Shown here in pieces: positions 6,954 through 19,865 of a stretch of DNA of 22,418 nt (positions within the stretch are counted from its first letter, which is position 1; the number at the start of each line of letters is the position of its first letter). Under the pieces are notes generated by a model. The model ran no database searches, was not told the origin of the DNA, and saw nothing but the letters and a program-made list of their open reading frames with translations. The stretch spans positions 1-22,418 of the forward strand of contig JBJTQJ010000020.1 in assembly GCA_046075565.1 (NCBI GenBank). Direction: 5' to 3'. The position numbers were made by a program, and so were the translations under genes. Source of the stretch: Verrucomicrobiales bacterium. GTDB lineage: Bacteria > Verrucomicrobiota > Verrucomicrobiia > Verrucomicrobiales > SLCJ01.

Positions 6954-7715
6954 ATGCTTGCCAACGAACGCCAGGAGGAGATCCTCAAATTGCTCGCCAA
7001 ATCCGGAACCGTGCGCACGATGGCACTGGCCCGGAAGTTCAAGGTTTCCGATGAAACCATCCGCAACGACTTCGCCGCCATGGAAGGCGAAGGGCAGTGT
7101 CTGCGCATCCACGGCGGCGCGAAACGGGCCGAATCCGTGCGGCGCGAATTGCCCCTGAGCGAACGTCTTTCCCTGAATCCGGTGGAGAAAGATGCCATGG
7201 CCCGGATGGCGGCCTCGCGTGTGCGCCCGAACGAAACCATCTTTCTCGATGCCAGCTCGACCGTGCTGACCATGGCGCGCCACCTGCCGGAAATCCCCCT
7301 CACCATTCTCACCAACGCACAAAATGTCGTCTCCGCCCTCAGCGACCGCACCTGCCACGATATCATCTGCACCGGCGGCCTTTTTGATCCGCGATCCCAT
7401 TCCTTCATCGGCCTGCTCGCCGAGGAAGCGTTGCGCCGTTACCACATCCACCGCATGTTTTTTTCCGGCAATGCCTTCGATCTGAAACGCGGGGTGAGCG
7501 AGTTGAACTCCCGCCAAGCCGTTTTCAAGGAACGTGTGGTGCCCTTCAGCGAGGAAGTCTGCCTGCTCGCCGATCATACCAAACTCGACCAGAAAAGCGC
7601 GTTCTTTTTCTGCCCCACCCGCGACATCGATCTCTTGATCACGGACGAGGCCGCCGATCCGGCCTTTCTCAAAGCCGCCACCAAAGCCGGGGTGAAAATC
7701 GAACTGGCGAAGTGA
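6954..7715 (+). CDS. DeoR/GlpR family transcriptional regulator (253 aa)
   Basis: ERQEEILKLL...FKVSDETIRNDF...RIHGGA HTH; sensor domain IFLDASST, ILTN, CTGG, LLADHTK and LITD. Start placed at ATG 6954. Confidence 0.95.
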   Translation: MLANERQEEILKLLAKSGTVRTMALARKFKVSDETIRNDFAAMEGEGQCLRIHGGAKRAESVRRELPLSERLSLNPVEKDAMARMAASRVRPNETIFLDASSTVLTMARHLPEIPLTILTNAQNVVSALSDRTCHDIICTGGLFDPRSHSFIGLLAEEALRRYHIHRMFFSGNAFDLKRGVSELNSRQAVFKERVVPFSEEVCLLADHTKLDQKSAFFFCPTRDIDLLITDEAADPAFLKAATKAGVKIELAK

Positions 7716-7756
7716 AGGGCCGCGCATTCGCGGTTTCCTCGGCTTCACGATCTCAC

Positions 7757-7895
7757 GGACCGCTGGGACAGCGGTCCCTGCCTGTCGAATGATCTGTCCC
7801 GTTGATGGTCGTGGTCGCATCCGAGCGATCTGTCACCGCCACCCAACTCGCCTCTCCGAACGACCAAGGCAGGGATGTCTGTCCCCAAACGTCCG
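7757..7895. repeat. Inverted pair of REP-like hairpins
   Basis: GGACCGCTG-GGA-CAGCGGTCC-CTGCC (7757-7782) and the degenerate inverted copy GGCAG-GGATGTCTG-TCCC-CAAACGTCC (7868-7894). Confidence 0.65.
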
Positions 7896-8050
7896 CGGGG
7901 GAGAGGCCACCACGCATTCGCGGTTTCCCTATCCCGAAGGGATTGTGTCCCTGAGCCCGGGGTTGGCCCGCTTGAGGGGGCATGTCTGGAAAGCCTTCGC
8001 GTTCCGCTGTGGGGACATCACGGCTCGATGGGGGTGGAGCATCCCCCGCC

Positions 8051-8074
8051 CGGCACCGGAAGCGGTGCCGCTAC
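8051..8074 (-). repeat. GTAG-type REP element
   Basis: The minus strand reads GTAG-CGGCACCG-CTTC-CGGTGCCG: a GTAG foot plus a perfect 8-bp stem. Confidence 0.7.
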
Positions 8075-8096
8075 GGGCATATGAATAGCAATCGTG

Positions 8097-8200
8097 TCGG
8101 ACTGCGCAGGCAGAGGGAGCCTTTGGCGACCGACGACGGCGCTTTTGGGGGATGGCGCGTCCTTGCCCAAATCGGTTTCGCCATTCGTCGCCAAAGGCTC
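8097..8200. repeat. REP-like element related to 56-105, overlapping a perfect 14-bp inverted repeat
   Basis: TCGGACTGCG...GGCA...ACGGCGCTTTTGG resembles the reverse complement of 54-105 (TCGGAGTGCG...GGCA...ACGCCGCTTTTTGG). Inverted repeat: GAGCCTTTGGCGAC (8117-8130) / GTCGCCAAAGGCTC (8187-8200). Confidence 0.55.
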
Positions 8201-8300
8201 TGGATGACAGGCGCCAGGGCTGGCCACCGCCATCACCACCAGCGCAAACCTCCGAGGCTACTTTCCTCTGCTTTGAACCAAGGATATGGTGAGTCAAGAC

Positions 8301-9443
8301 CTATGGGGCAACACCGGGGGATGATCTTTTCAGGAAGGGTTTCTCAAAGCGCTGATAACAGAAGACGGAGAGCGCATACACGCCGAACAAGGCCACCAGA
8401 CTGGCCACGGTGTTGTTGGCGAACACGGCGTTGTCAGGAGTGGATTTTAATCCGCGCATCAGGCACAGCAGGACCGGCATGTGGAAAAGATACGTCGAGT
8501 AACTGATCCTGCCCATGACAGGCAACGGCGTGCGTTCCATCCACCGGCCAAGCCTCTGGAAGCCCGTGGACACGGCGAGAAGGATACAAGCCGTGCCGCC
8601 GGCGAAGAAAAGAGGATACCAAATCGCATGGGAGCGACGGCTCAGCGTGGCTTTGATGACTTTTTCCGCGTAGCTCTTGGCCACACTGGAACTATCATTG
8701 GCGATCTTCGCGGCGATTTCATGCCGTTCCACAAAGACAAAGAGAACGACCGCGATTCCCACGACCAGCAATGGCCAGTGGTAGCGGAAATTTTTGGTCG
8801 ATATCCATGCGGCAACGATGCCCACCGCGAACTGATCCCATTGGCAGAAAGGATGAGACAGTGCGGCATCCGGTTGCCAGGTCTTGGCCACGATGAGCGA
8901 CTTCGAAAGAATGGCGATGACCGCCATGGCGAGGGGCAGAATCCATCCCCATTTGGAGCGAACGAAAAATCCGCAAGCAGCCATCAGGATGTAGAAAATC
9001 CATTCATGGCTCAGGGTCCACAACGGACCGAGGATCGAAGTGCTGGTTGCGCCAAACCAGCCATGCATCAAGGTGGCGTGGGTTGCCAGATCAAACGCAA
9101 GAAACCCCGGAGTCGCATGGGCGATGGTTTTGCCATCAACGACCAGCAACGCGAAAAGAACACATACAAAATAATTGGGAAGGATGCGGCGAGCGCGCGC
9201 CGAAGCGAAGCGCTTCAACTCGAAAGTGGCGGGCCCAAGCACGCTGCGACCAATCAGAAACCCGCTCAGCGTGAAAAACAAGGGCACGCCGGCATCCCCA
9301 AGCACGGCCAACTCCTTAGGCACCAGATGGAAGCCGCACTGGTCCATATGGTAGATCACGACCAGAAATGCCGCGCAAGCCCGCAAGGCGTCGATACAGG
9401 GATTGTTTGAAGAGGCAAATCCGGGGGAATTTTCGCGGGACAT
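8301..9443 (-). CDS. Acyltransferase family 3 (OafA/YrhL-like membrane O-acyltransferase)
   Basis: IDALRACAAFLVVIYH, GVPLFFTLSGFLI, RARRILP, LWTLSHEWIFY, GRISYSTYLFH and FEKP motifs; multiple hydrophobic segments. Confidence 0.92.
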   Translation of the reverse strand: MSRENSPGFASSNNPCIDALRACAAFLVVIYHMDQCGFHLVPKELAVLGDAGVPLFFTLSGFLIGRSVLGPATFELKRFASARARRILPNYFVCVLFALLVVDGKTIAHATPGFLAFDLATHATLMHGWFGATSTSILGPLWTLSHEWIFYILMAACGFFVRSKWGWILPLAMAVIAILSKSLIVAKTWQPDAALSHPFCQWDQFAVGIVAAWISTKNFRYHWPLLVVGIAVVLFVFVERHEIAAKIANDSSSVAKSYAEKVIKATLSRRSHAIWYPLFFAGGTACILLAVSTGFQRLGRWMERTPLPVMGRISYSTYLFHMPVLLCLMRGLKSTPDNAVFANNTVASLVALFGVYALSVFCYQRFEKPFLKRSSPGVAP

Positions 9444-9586
9444 GGCTGATCTCGGGACGCTCAGGACCTTGGAGGAGAACCCTGCGTCATCTTGACCCGT
9501 TGTCCATGAAATTCCTCAAACACCCGGAACCTGGAATTTTGGGCTCCAGAACCTGGAGGAGCAATTGTAAAACAGGGAGAAACTTT

Positions 9587-9656
9587 TACGACCGTGCTTC
9601 TAGCCGGTCGTCGGATGTGGAGACTCCCGTGACGACCGGCCAGAGGCGCGGTCATA
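9587..9656. repeat. Long imperfect inverted repeat (REPIN-like pair)
   Basis: 26-bp arms at 9587-9612 and 9631-9656 match at 22/26 positions; each arm is itself a GACCG...CGGTC hairpin. Confidence 0.7.
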
Positions 9657-9803
9657 CATCCTCCTGCATCCGGGTTACTCCAAAGCATTACGGGCTTTTC
9701 CGCATCTCTTGGGCAACCGTTGATTCGACCGGAGAATCGGGCGGCAGAAGCACAAAGATATGCTTCCTGTTGCACGACTTGGTTTTCGCGTTATTGTGTT
9801 CTT

Positions 9804-10760
9804 ATGTCCTCAGCACTCCTCGGTAATCTGTTGTCCCCCATGATCTTGGCCTTTATTCTTGGATTGGGGGCGCGGATGGCAAAGAGCGATTTGAAGGTCC
9901 CGGAGCCGGTTTACCAGGTGCTTTCGATGTATTTGCTCCTCGCCATTGGCTTAAAGGGCGGGATTGAATTGAGAAGCGCTTCGATGGCTGATTTGTGGCG
10001 TCCGATGCTGGCCACGCTCGCTTTCGGGTTATTGGCCCCTCCCCTCGTGATGCTGGCCGCGCGGCGTTTCCTGGGTGTGGAACGCGAGGATGCGGCATCG
10101 ATTGCCGCCCATTACGGTTCGGTCTCGGTGGTCACCTTCATCGCGGCCAAGGCCTTCATGGAAGGCTCTGGATTGGCGGTGGCGGGTGTGCTCACGGCTC
10201 TGGTCGTCTTGATGGAAGTGCCCGGCATCATGGTCGGTTTGGCTCTGGGCCGTGGCGAGGGAAAGAAAGGCGACGGCGTCCTCGTGGCTTCGGCGGATCT
10301 CCTCCGCTGCAAAGGGGTGATCCTGCTCGGGGGAGGACTCCTCATCGGACGCTTTGCGAGCGGGACCGGGATCGAAGCAGTAAAGCCGTTTTTCACCATC
10401 GCTTTTCCAGGAGTGCTGGTCTTGTTCCTTTTGGAAATGGGATTGCTCTGCGGGCATCGGCTTCGTGAGGTGATGAAATTGGGCTGGAAACTCCCGGCTT
10501 TCGGCATTGCCATTCCGATCGTGCTGGGCTCGGTCGGCGTCTTGTTGGCCACGTGGGCCGGAATGAGCACCGGCACGGCGGCGGTCTTCGGCGCCATGAC
10601 TGGAAGCGCGAGTTACATCGCGGCTCCGGCGGCGGTGGCCCATGCCCTGCCCGGGGCGAACCCGGCGATTTCGCTCGGGCTGGCCCTCGGGATATCCTTC
10701 CCCTTCAATCTGGCGATCGGGATCCCCTTGGCCCTGGAGTTGTCACGTTTGGTGCACTGA
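9804..10760 (+). CDS. sbtA: Sodium-dependent bicarbonate transporter family permease (SbtA/DUF897, 318 aa)
   Basis: KSDLKVP, YLLLAIGLKGG, AAHYGSVSVVTF, FLLEMG, SASYIAAPAA and FPFN motifs. Start placed at ATG 9804 (MSSALLGNLLSP). Confidence 0.9.
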   Translation: MSSALLGNLLSPMILAFILGLGARMAKSDLKVPEPVYQVLSMYLLLAIGLKGGIELRSASMADLWRPMLATLAFGLLAPPLVMLAARRFLGVEREDAASIAAHYGSVSVVTFIAAKAFMEGSGLAVAGVLTALVVLMEVPGIMVGLALGRGEGKKGDGVLVASADLLRCKGVILLGGGLLIGRFASGTGIEAVKPFFTIAFPGVLVLFLLEMGLLCGHRLREVMKLGWKLPAFGIAIPIVLGSVGVLLATWAGMSTGTAAVFGAMTGSASYIAAPAAVAHALPGANPAISLGLALGISFPFNLAIGIPLALELSRLVH

Positions 10761-10838
10761 CGGAGATGGCACGTGACGCGAGGTTCGCTCTCTCAAAGCA
10801 CTCTATGGATTCCTGCTACCTCGCTTTGTCCCTGCGGG

Positions 10839-10937
10839 GCAAGAGCGAGACGCTCTTGCTACGTTTGGCACGGCAGATCGAGGGGATTTCACCTGCGAGC
10901 ATCCACCGGAGTCGTAGCAAGACCGTCCCGGTCATGC
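10839..10937. repeat. Inverted pair of GTAG-type REP elements
   Basis: GCAAGAGCG-AGA-CGCTCTTGC-TAC (10839-10862) and GTA-GCAAGACCG-TCC-CGGTCATGC (10914-10937). Confidence 0.75.
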
Positions 10938-10993
10938 CTTGAAAACTGGTCTCCGTTCATTGAATCTTCTGCCAACTAAAGAGCATTGCTCCC

Positions 10994-11013
10994 AAAACGA
11001 GCCGCGAGGCTCG
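10994..11013 (-). terminator. Putative intrinsic terminator after galK
   Basis: The minus strand reads CGAGCC-TCGC-GGCTCG-TTTT, starting 6 bp after the galK stop. Confidence 0.55.
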
Positions 11014-11018
11014 CTTCC

Positions 11019-12200
11019 TCAGAACACCCGATGAGCTCCTTTTCCGGGGCGTGTAAGAAAGATTTCCGGCACGATACCGGTGTCGGCCTGGTAGTTGCGG
11101 GAAAACGACTTGGCAATGGCCGCGGCACGGTTGGCTTTGCAGAGGGTGACCGTTGATCCGCCGAAGCCTCCTCCGGTCATTCTTGCTCCGATCACTCCCC
11201 CATCCTCTCCCAGATCGCGGGCAATCTCCACAAGCAGATCGAGTTCGGCGCAGGAAACATTGAAGTCGTGTCGAAGGGAATCGTGACTGGCGGCCATGAG
11301 TGGGCCGAGGGCCTGGAAATCGCCCTCCCGGAGAGCGGTTGCGGCGGCGATGGTTCGGGCGATTTCGCCAACGACATGACGTCCGCGGCGGAAGACCACT
11401 TCTTCCATTTTGTCCCGTGCGGCCTCGAGCTCGGCCATGGTCACATCACGCCATGAGGATTTCCCGGTGGCGGCGAGTCCGACCTCCGTCTGGCGGCGGC
11501 GGAGCGCGTAACCACCATCGCTCAGTTCGTGCGAAACCTTGGTATTGGCAACGAGGATGGCGAGATCGGGCGCATGGAAAGGCACCAACTCGGGCTCGGC
11601 GCTGCGACAATCGATGAGCACGAGATGGTCCTCCTTGGCGAAGGTGGAGGCGAATTGGTCCATGATGCCACAGGGCACGTGCGCGAAGTCGTGTTCGGCT
11701 TTTTGACACAACAACGCCTTCTGCTTCTTGGGCAGCTCGCTGCCAAGAAGAGCTTCTAACAAAGTTGCGGTAGCACATTCAATGGCCGCCGAACTGGAAA
11801 GCCCTCCTCCGACAGGAACACTCGAGAGGAAACAAGCATCGAAGCCTGGAATTTCGGTATGCCCGAGATTGCGGAAGCCCGCGATGACTCCCTTGACGTA
11901 GTTCGCCCACTTCGGAGACCCTACTTCCGGAATGACGGTAAGATCGAGTGGTACCGTGCCCTCTTCCATGGTGGTGGCAAGCCGCCCGCCTTTGGTTCCG
12001 TTCGGTGCGGCGGCGACGACGATGTAGCGCTCGAGAGCGAGGGGCAGGACAAATCCATCGCAGTAATCGATGTGTTCGCCAATCAGGTTCACCCGGCCGG
12101 GCGCGGCCACGACGATTTCGGCGGGACGACCGAATTTGTTGGCAAAGTTGGCCTTCGCTTCGGCGGCGAGGGCGGCGAGATTGGGGGCGGTCTGGAGCAT
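11019..12200 (-). CDS. galK: Galactokinase
   Basis: GRVNLIGEHIDY, GHMP motif VPVGGGLSSSAA, CGIMDQ and ARMTGGGFGG. Confidence 0.96.
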   Translation of the reverse strand: MLQTAPNLAALAAEAKANFANKFGRPAEIVVAAPGRVNLIGEHIDYCDGFVLPLALERYIVVAAAPNGTKGGRLATTMEEGTVPLDLTVIPEVGSPKWANYVKGVIAGFRNLGHTEIPGFDACFLSSVPVGGGLSSSAAIECATATLLEALLGSELPKKQKALLCQKAEHDFAHVPCGIMDQFASTFAKEDHLVLIDCRSAEPELVPFHAPDLAILVANTKVSHELSDGGYALRRRQTEVGLAATGKSSWRDVTMAELEAARDKMEEVVFRRGRHVVGEIARTIAAATALREGDFQALGPLMAASHDSLRHDFNVSCAELDLLVEIARDLGEDGGVIGARMTGGGFGGSTVTLCKANRAAAIAKSFSRNYQADTGIVPEIFLTRPGKGAHRVF

Positions 12201-12218
12201 GTTGGAAATGTTGTTTTG

Positions 12219-17383
<5,165 letters not shown>

Positions 17384-17507
17384 GATGCGATTGGCTGAGG
17401 TTGGGAACTGGGGAACAATGGCAATTGGAAACGAGGATCGGCGAAAAATGAAGCGAAATTTTCACATCCAGGGGAAAACCGTGGATTTTTCGCCCGAATT
17501 CGGGAAA

Positions 17508-18707
17508 TCAGCGGGCCGAACGTCGCGCCATTGCTGTCCGGTAGGCGCGGTCGAGTCGCTCGCGGTAGTGGTCCCAAGTGAATTCGTTTTCCATACGGGC
17601 GCGGGCGGCGCGGCCCATTTCCCAGAGGTCGGCGGGACGCCGGGACGCATCTTCAAGGGCGGCACAGAGGGCATCCACGTCGTTGGGTGGGATCACCCAT
17701 CCGGTTTTTCCCGGCACGACGACATCCCCGGCCTCGAGGGTGGTGATTTGCGGCAGACCGCTGGCCGCCGCTTCGTAGGTGACTTTGGCGCTGCCCTCGC
17801 ATTCGGAGGGAAACACATGCACCGAAGCTTCGCGGAAAAACTTCGAGACATCCTCGGCGAAACCCATGTGGCGGACATTCGGCGGACGCAACCGCTCGAA
17901 GACCTCGCGAACTTCCGGCTCCATCCAACCGACGAGGGTCAGTTCCGCTCCGGGCAAGCGGAGGCGGTTCCATGCTTCCAGAAGGTGATGGGCACCCTTG
18001 CGGCGGATGACCGAACCGACAAACACCGCCCGGAATGAGGGCGGCGGCGCATCGGCGGGACGAAAGCGGCCCACATCCACTCCCCGGGGCAACATGAAGA
18101 CTTTGTCTTCGGCAAACCCGGCGGTCAGAAAGGTCTCCTTCGCCTTTTCCGAGAGCACGAGGAGCAGGTCGGCCCGGTCGTATTCTTCCAGCGTGTGGGC
18201 GCGGGTGACGGTCAGGCGGTGGCGCAGCCCAGCCAAGCCGCCGATCTCCGCTTCGCGCAGTTCGCGCTTGGTCACCCGTGGCTTTGTTTTCCCTTTGTCG
18301 CGGTGCCAGGTCGGGATTTCGACCACCGAAGCGATCCCGAGTTCGTTGGCCACGCGCAGGGACTGCAGGCAATCACCAGACCACGAATGGAAGATGTCAT
18401 GTCCGCCCTGGCGGAGGCGTCGTGCGGCCACGGCATCGAGAGCGTGTTTGCGTGCGCCGCCATATTCGGCTTTGGGGAGAAATTTCAAGAGCCGCGCCGG
18501 ATGCCACCAGAGAGTGCGGATGCGATCACCGGGGATCACGTTCTGGCGGTTCGAAAATGCCACCGCTTCCCCGAGATATCCCCTCCCCCACGCGCCTTTG
18601 AGTGCCTCGAGCGCGTCCACATTCAATCCATGCCCCCCGATGCCAGCCGAAATCGAAAAGAGCAACGACTTCGGCGATGGAAACTGGGAATCGTCGGAGG
18701 CGGCCAT
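17508..18707 (-). CDS. Glycosyltransferase family 4 protein
   Basis: LVLSE, RGVDVGRF, FVGSVIRRKG, FPSECEGSAKVTYEAAASGLPQI (EX7E) and FTWDHY. Confidence 0.93.
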   Translation of the reverse strand: MAASDDSQFPSPKSLLFSISAGIGGHGLNVDALEALKGAWGRGYLGEAVAFSNRQNVIPGDRIRTLWWHPARLLKFLPKAEYGGARKHALDAVAARRLRQGGHDIFHSWSGDCLQSLRVANELGIASVVEIPTWHRDKGKTKPRVTKRELREAEIGGLAGLRHRLTVTRAHTLEEYDRADLLLVLSEKAKETFLTAGFAEDKVFMLPRGVDVGRFRPADAPPPSFRAVFVGSVIRRKGAHHLLEAWNRLRLPGAELTLVGWMEPEVREVFERLRPPNVRHMGFAEDVSKFFREASVHVFPSECEGSAKVTYEAAASGLPQITTLEAGDVVVPGKTGWVIPPNDVDALCAALEDASRRPADLWEMGRAARARMENEFTWDHYRERLDRAYRTAMARRSAR

Positions 18708-18774
18708 GGGAAAGTAGGTGCGAATTTAGAACCGCTCGCGCGGACTTGCCACCGGAATAGAAACACCCATCGGT

Positions 18775-19749
18775 TTACGCTACGACCTGTCTCTTGCCCT
18801 TTGTCATGCGCAGGTAGATCGCCAGGCCCAGACCGGTGGCGAGGAGGAAAATCAGGGGCATGGCTCCGGTGCGCAGGTCCCCTCCGATCCAGAAGGAATC
18901 GACAATCTCATCGGCCTTGCGTGATTTTCTGGTCATGCCGCTGAAGATCTTGAGCGCGAACACCCAACCGGCGTGCAGGCCGATCCCGAGCCAGAGCCTG
19001 CCCGTGGCCAGCCTTGCCCATCCGAGCATCAAACCGACCAGCAGCAGGGCGAGAAATGCGCCCGTGAAGGTATCGAGCTGCCCCAGCCTGGCCAGCATGA
19101 CCCCGGCGAGGCGGAATCCCGTGCCGGCGTGAACGGTCTCATCTGGAATCCGGAAGTTTTCCGGAGGCTCCATGAAATGCAGCACGGCGAATAACAGGGC
19201 GATGCCTACCAGCGTCAGCACCGACCCGAAGGTGCGGGCCACGACCGCCGTGAAGGCCCCGCGGAACAACCATTCTTCCACAAAGGCAACGGCCACGGCG
19301 GCGATGCCGGCCACCAGCAGCACGGAGCCGATGTCCGCTTTTTTGTTCCAATGGAAAACCCCCATCTTGAAAAGCATGGTGCCCATCAATAACAAACCGA
19401 GCGCGGCGAGAAGGAACCCGCAGGCGAGATCACGCACATCCCCAGGCTTCCACCGCAATCCGGGTATCTCCCCTCCGCGCACGCGCAGCAATCGTGCGGC
19501 GGGCCATAGGAACAGCACGGCACAACCGAGCACCGAGCGGTTGAAGTAACGCTGGAACTCGGCCTTGTCGGCTTCCTTCATCAGCGCTCCCAGCAATGGC
19601 GCGTCTTGCCAACCCTGGGCCGCGGCCATTGCGACATAGGCCTTGCCGAGCGCGTGCAGCCAAGGCGCAAGCGCCGCGCCACCCACCACCACGGCGACAA
19701 AGTAGCCGAGAAGGTAAAGCCAGGATGGGGCGCGGGAGGACATATTCAT
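18775..19749 (-). CDS. CPBP (CAAX/Abi) family intramembrane glutamic endopeptidase
   Basis: EEWLFRG, FAVLHF and IGLHAGW motifs in a multi-TM protein; the start could instead be ATG 19743. Confidence 0.88.
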   Translation of the reverse strand: MNMSSRAPSWLYLLGYFVAVVVGGAALAPWLHALGKAYVAMAAAQGWQDAPLLGALMKEADKAEFQRYFNRSVLGCAVLFLWPAARLLRVRGGEIPGLRWKPGDVRDLACGFLLAALGLLLMGTMLFKMGVFHWNKKADIGSVLLVAGIAAVAVAFVEEWLFRGAFTAVVARTFGSVLTLVGIALLFAVLHFMEPPENFRIPDETVHAGTGFRLAGVMLARLGQLDTFTGAFLALLLVGLMLGWARLATGRLWLGIGLHAGWVFALKIFSGMTRKSRKADEIVDSFWIGGDLRTGAMPLIFLLATGLGLAIYLRMTKGKRQVVA

Positions 19750-19865
19750 ACCATGGCGAGCAGCAAACGTCAGACAAGCGCGGACCTTCGGCAGTCAGCC
19801 TCTCTCAGATTCGTTCTACCGCAGCTTGTTTTTCCATTCATGGCGGCGTTATGAGTGCTCTCACC

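Noticed and set aside
6863..7408. 182-aa N-terminal extension of PduL in the ORF track (and the 45-aa extension of DeoR from 6819)
   Set aside because: The extensions overlap the opposite gene and the promoter region; family homology begins at ATG 6862 and ATG 6954.
7753..8297. Several short ORFs in the deoR-acyltransferase spacer
   Set aside because: They are Arg/Pro/Gly-rich translations without motifs, and the region is explained by REP-like hairpins.
9461..9775. 104-aa minus-strand ORF upstream of the acyltransferase; also considered a riboswitch for sbtA
   Set aside because: There is no protein motif, the ORF runs through a REP-like inverted repeat, and I recognised no known riboswitch consensus.
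289..10760. Carboxysome / CO2-concentrating mechanism (shell genes plus sbtA)
   Set aside because: There is no RuBisCO, carbonic anhydrase or CsoS2/CcmM, and the cargo enzymes are those of a catabolic metabolosome.
10761..10979. Possible sbtB (PII-like) gene after sbtA
   Set aside because: Neither short ORF shows PII-like sequence, and two REP hairpins occupy the region.
17401..17430. TCCCAA-like repeats upstream of the symporter as a second site for the BMC DeoR regulator
   Set aside because: Spacing is 7-10 bp and irregular, the copies are degenerate, and they resemble the generic C/A-rich translation leader.
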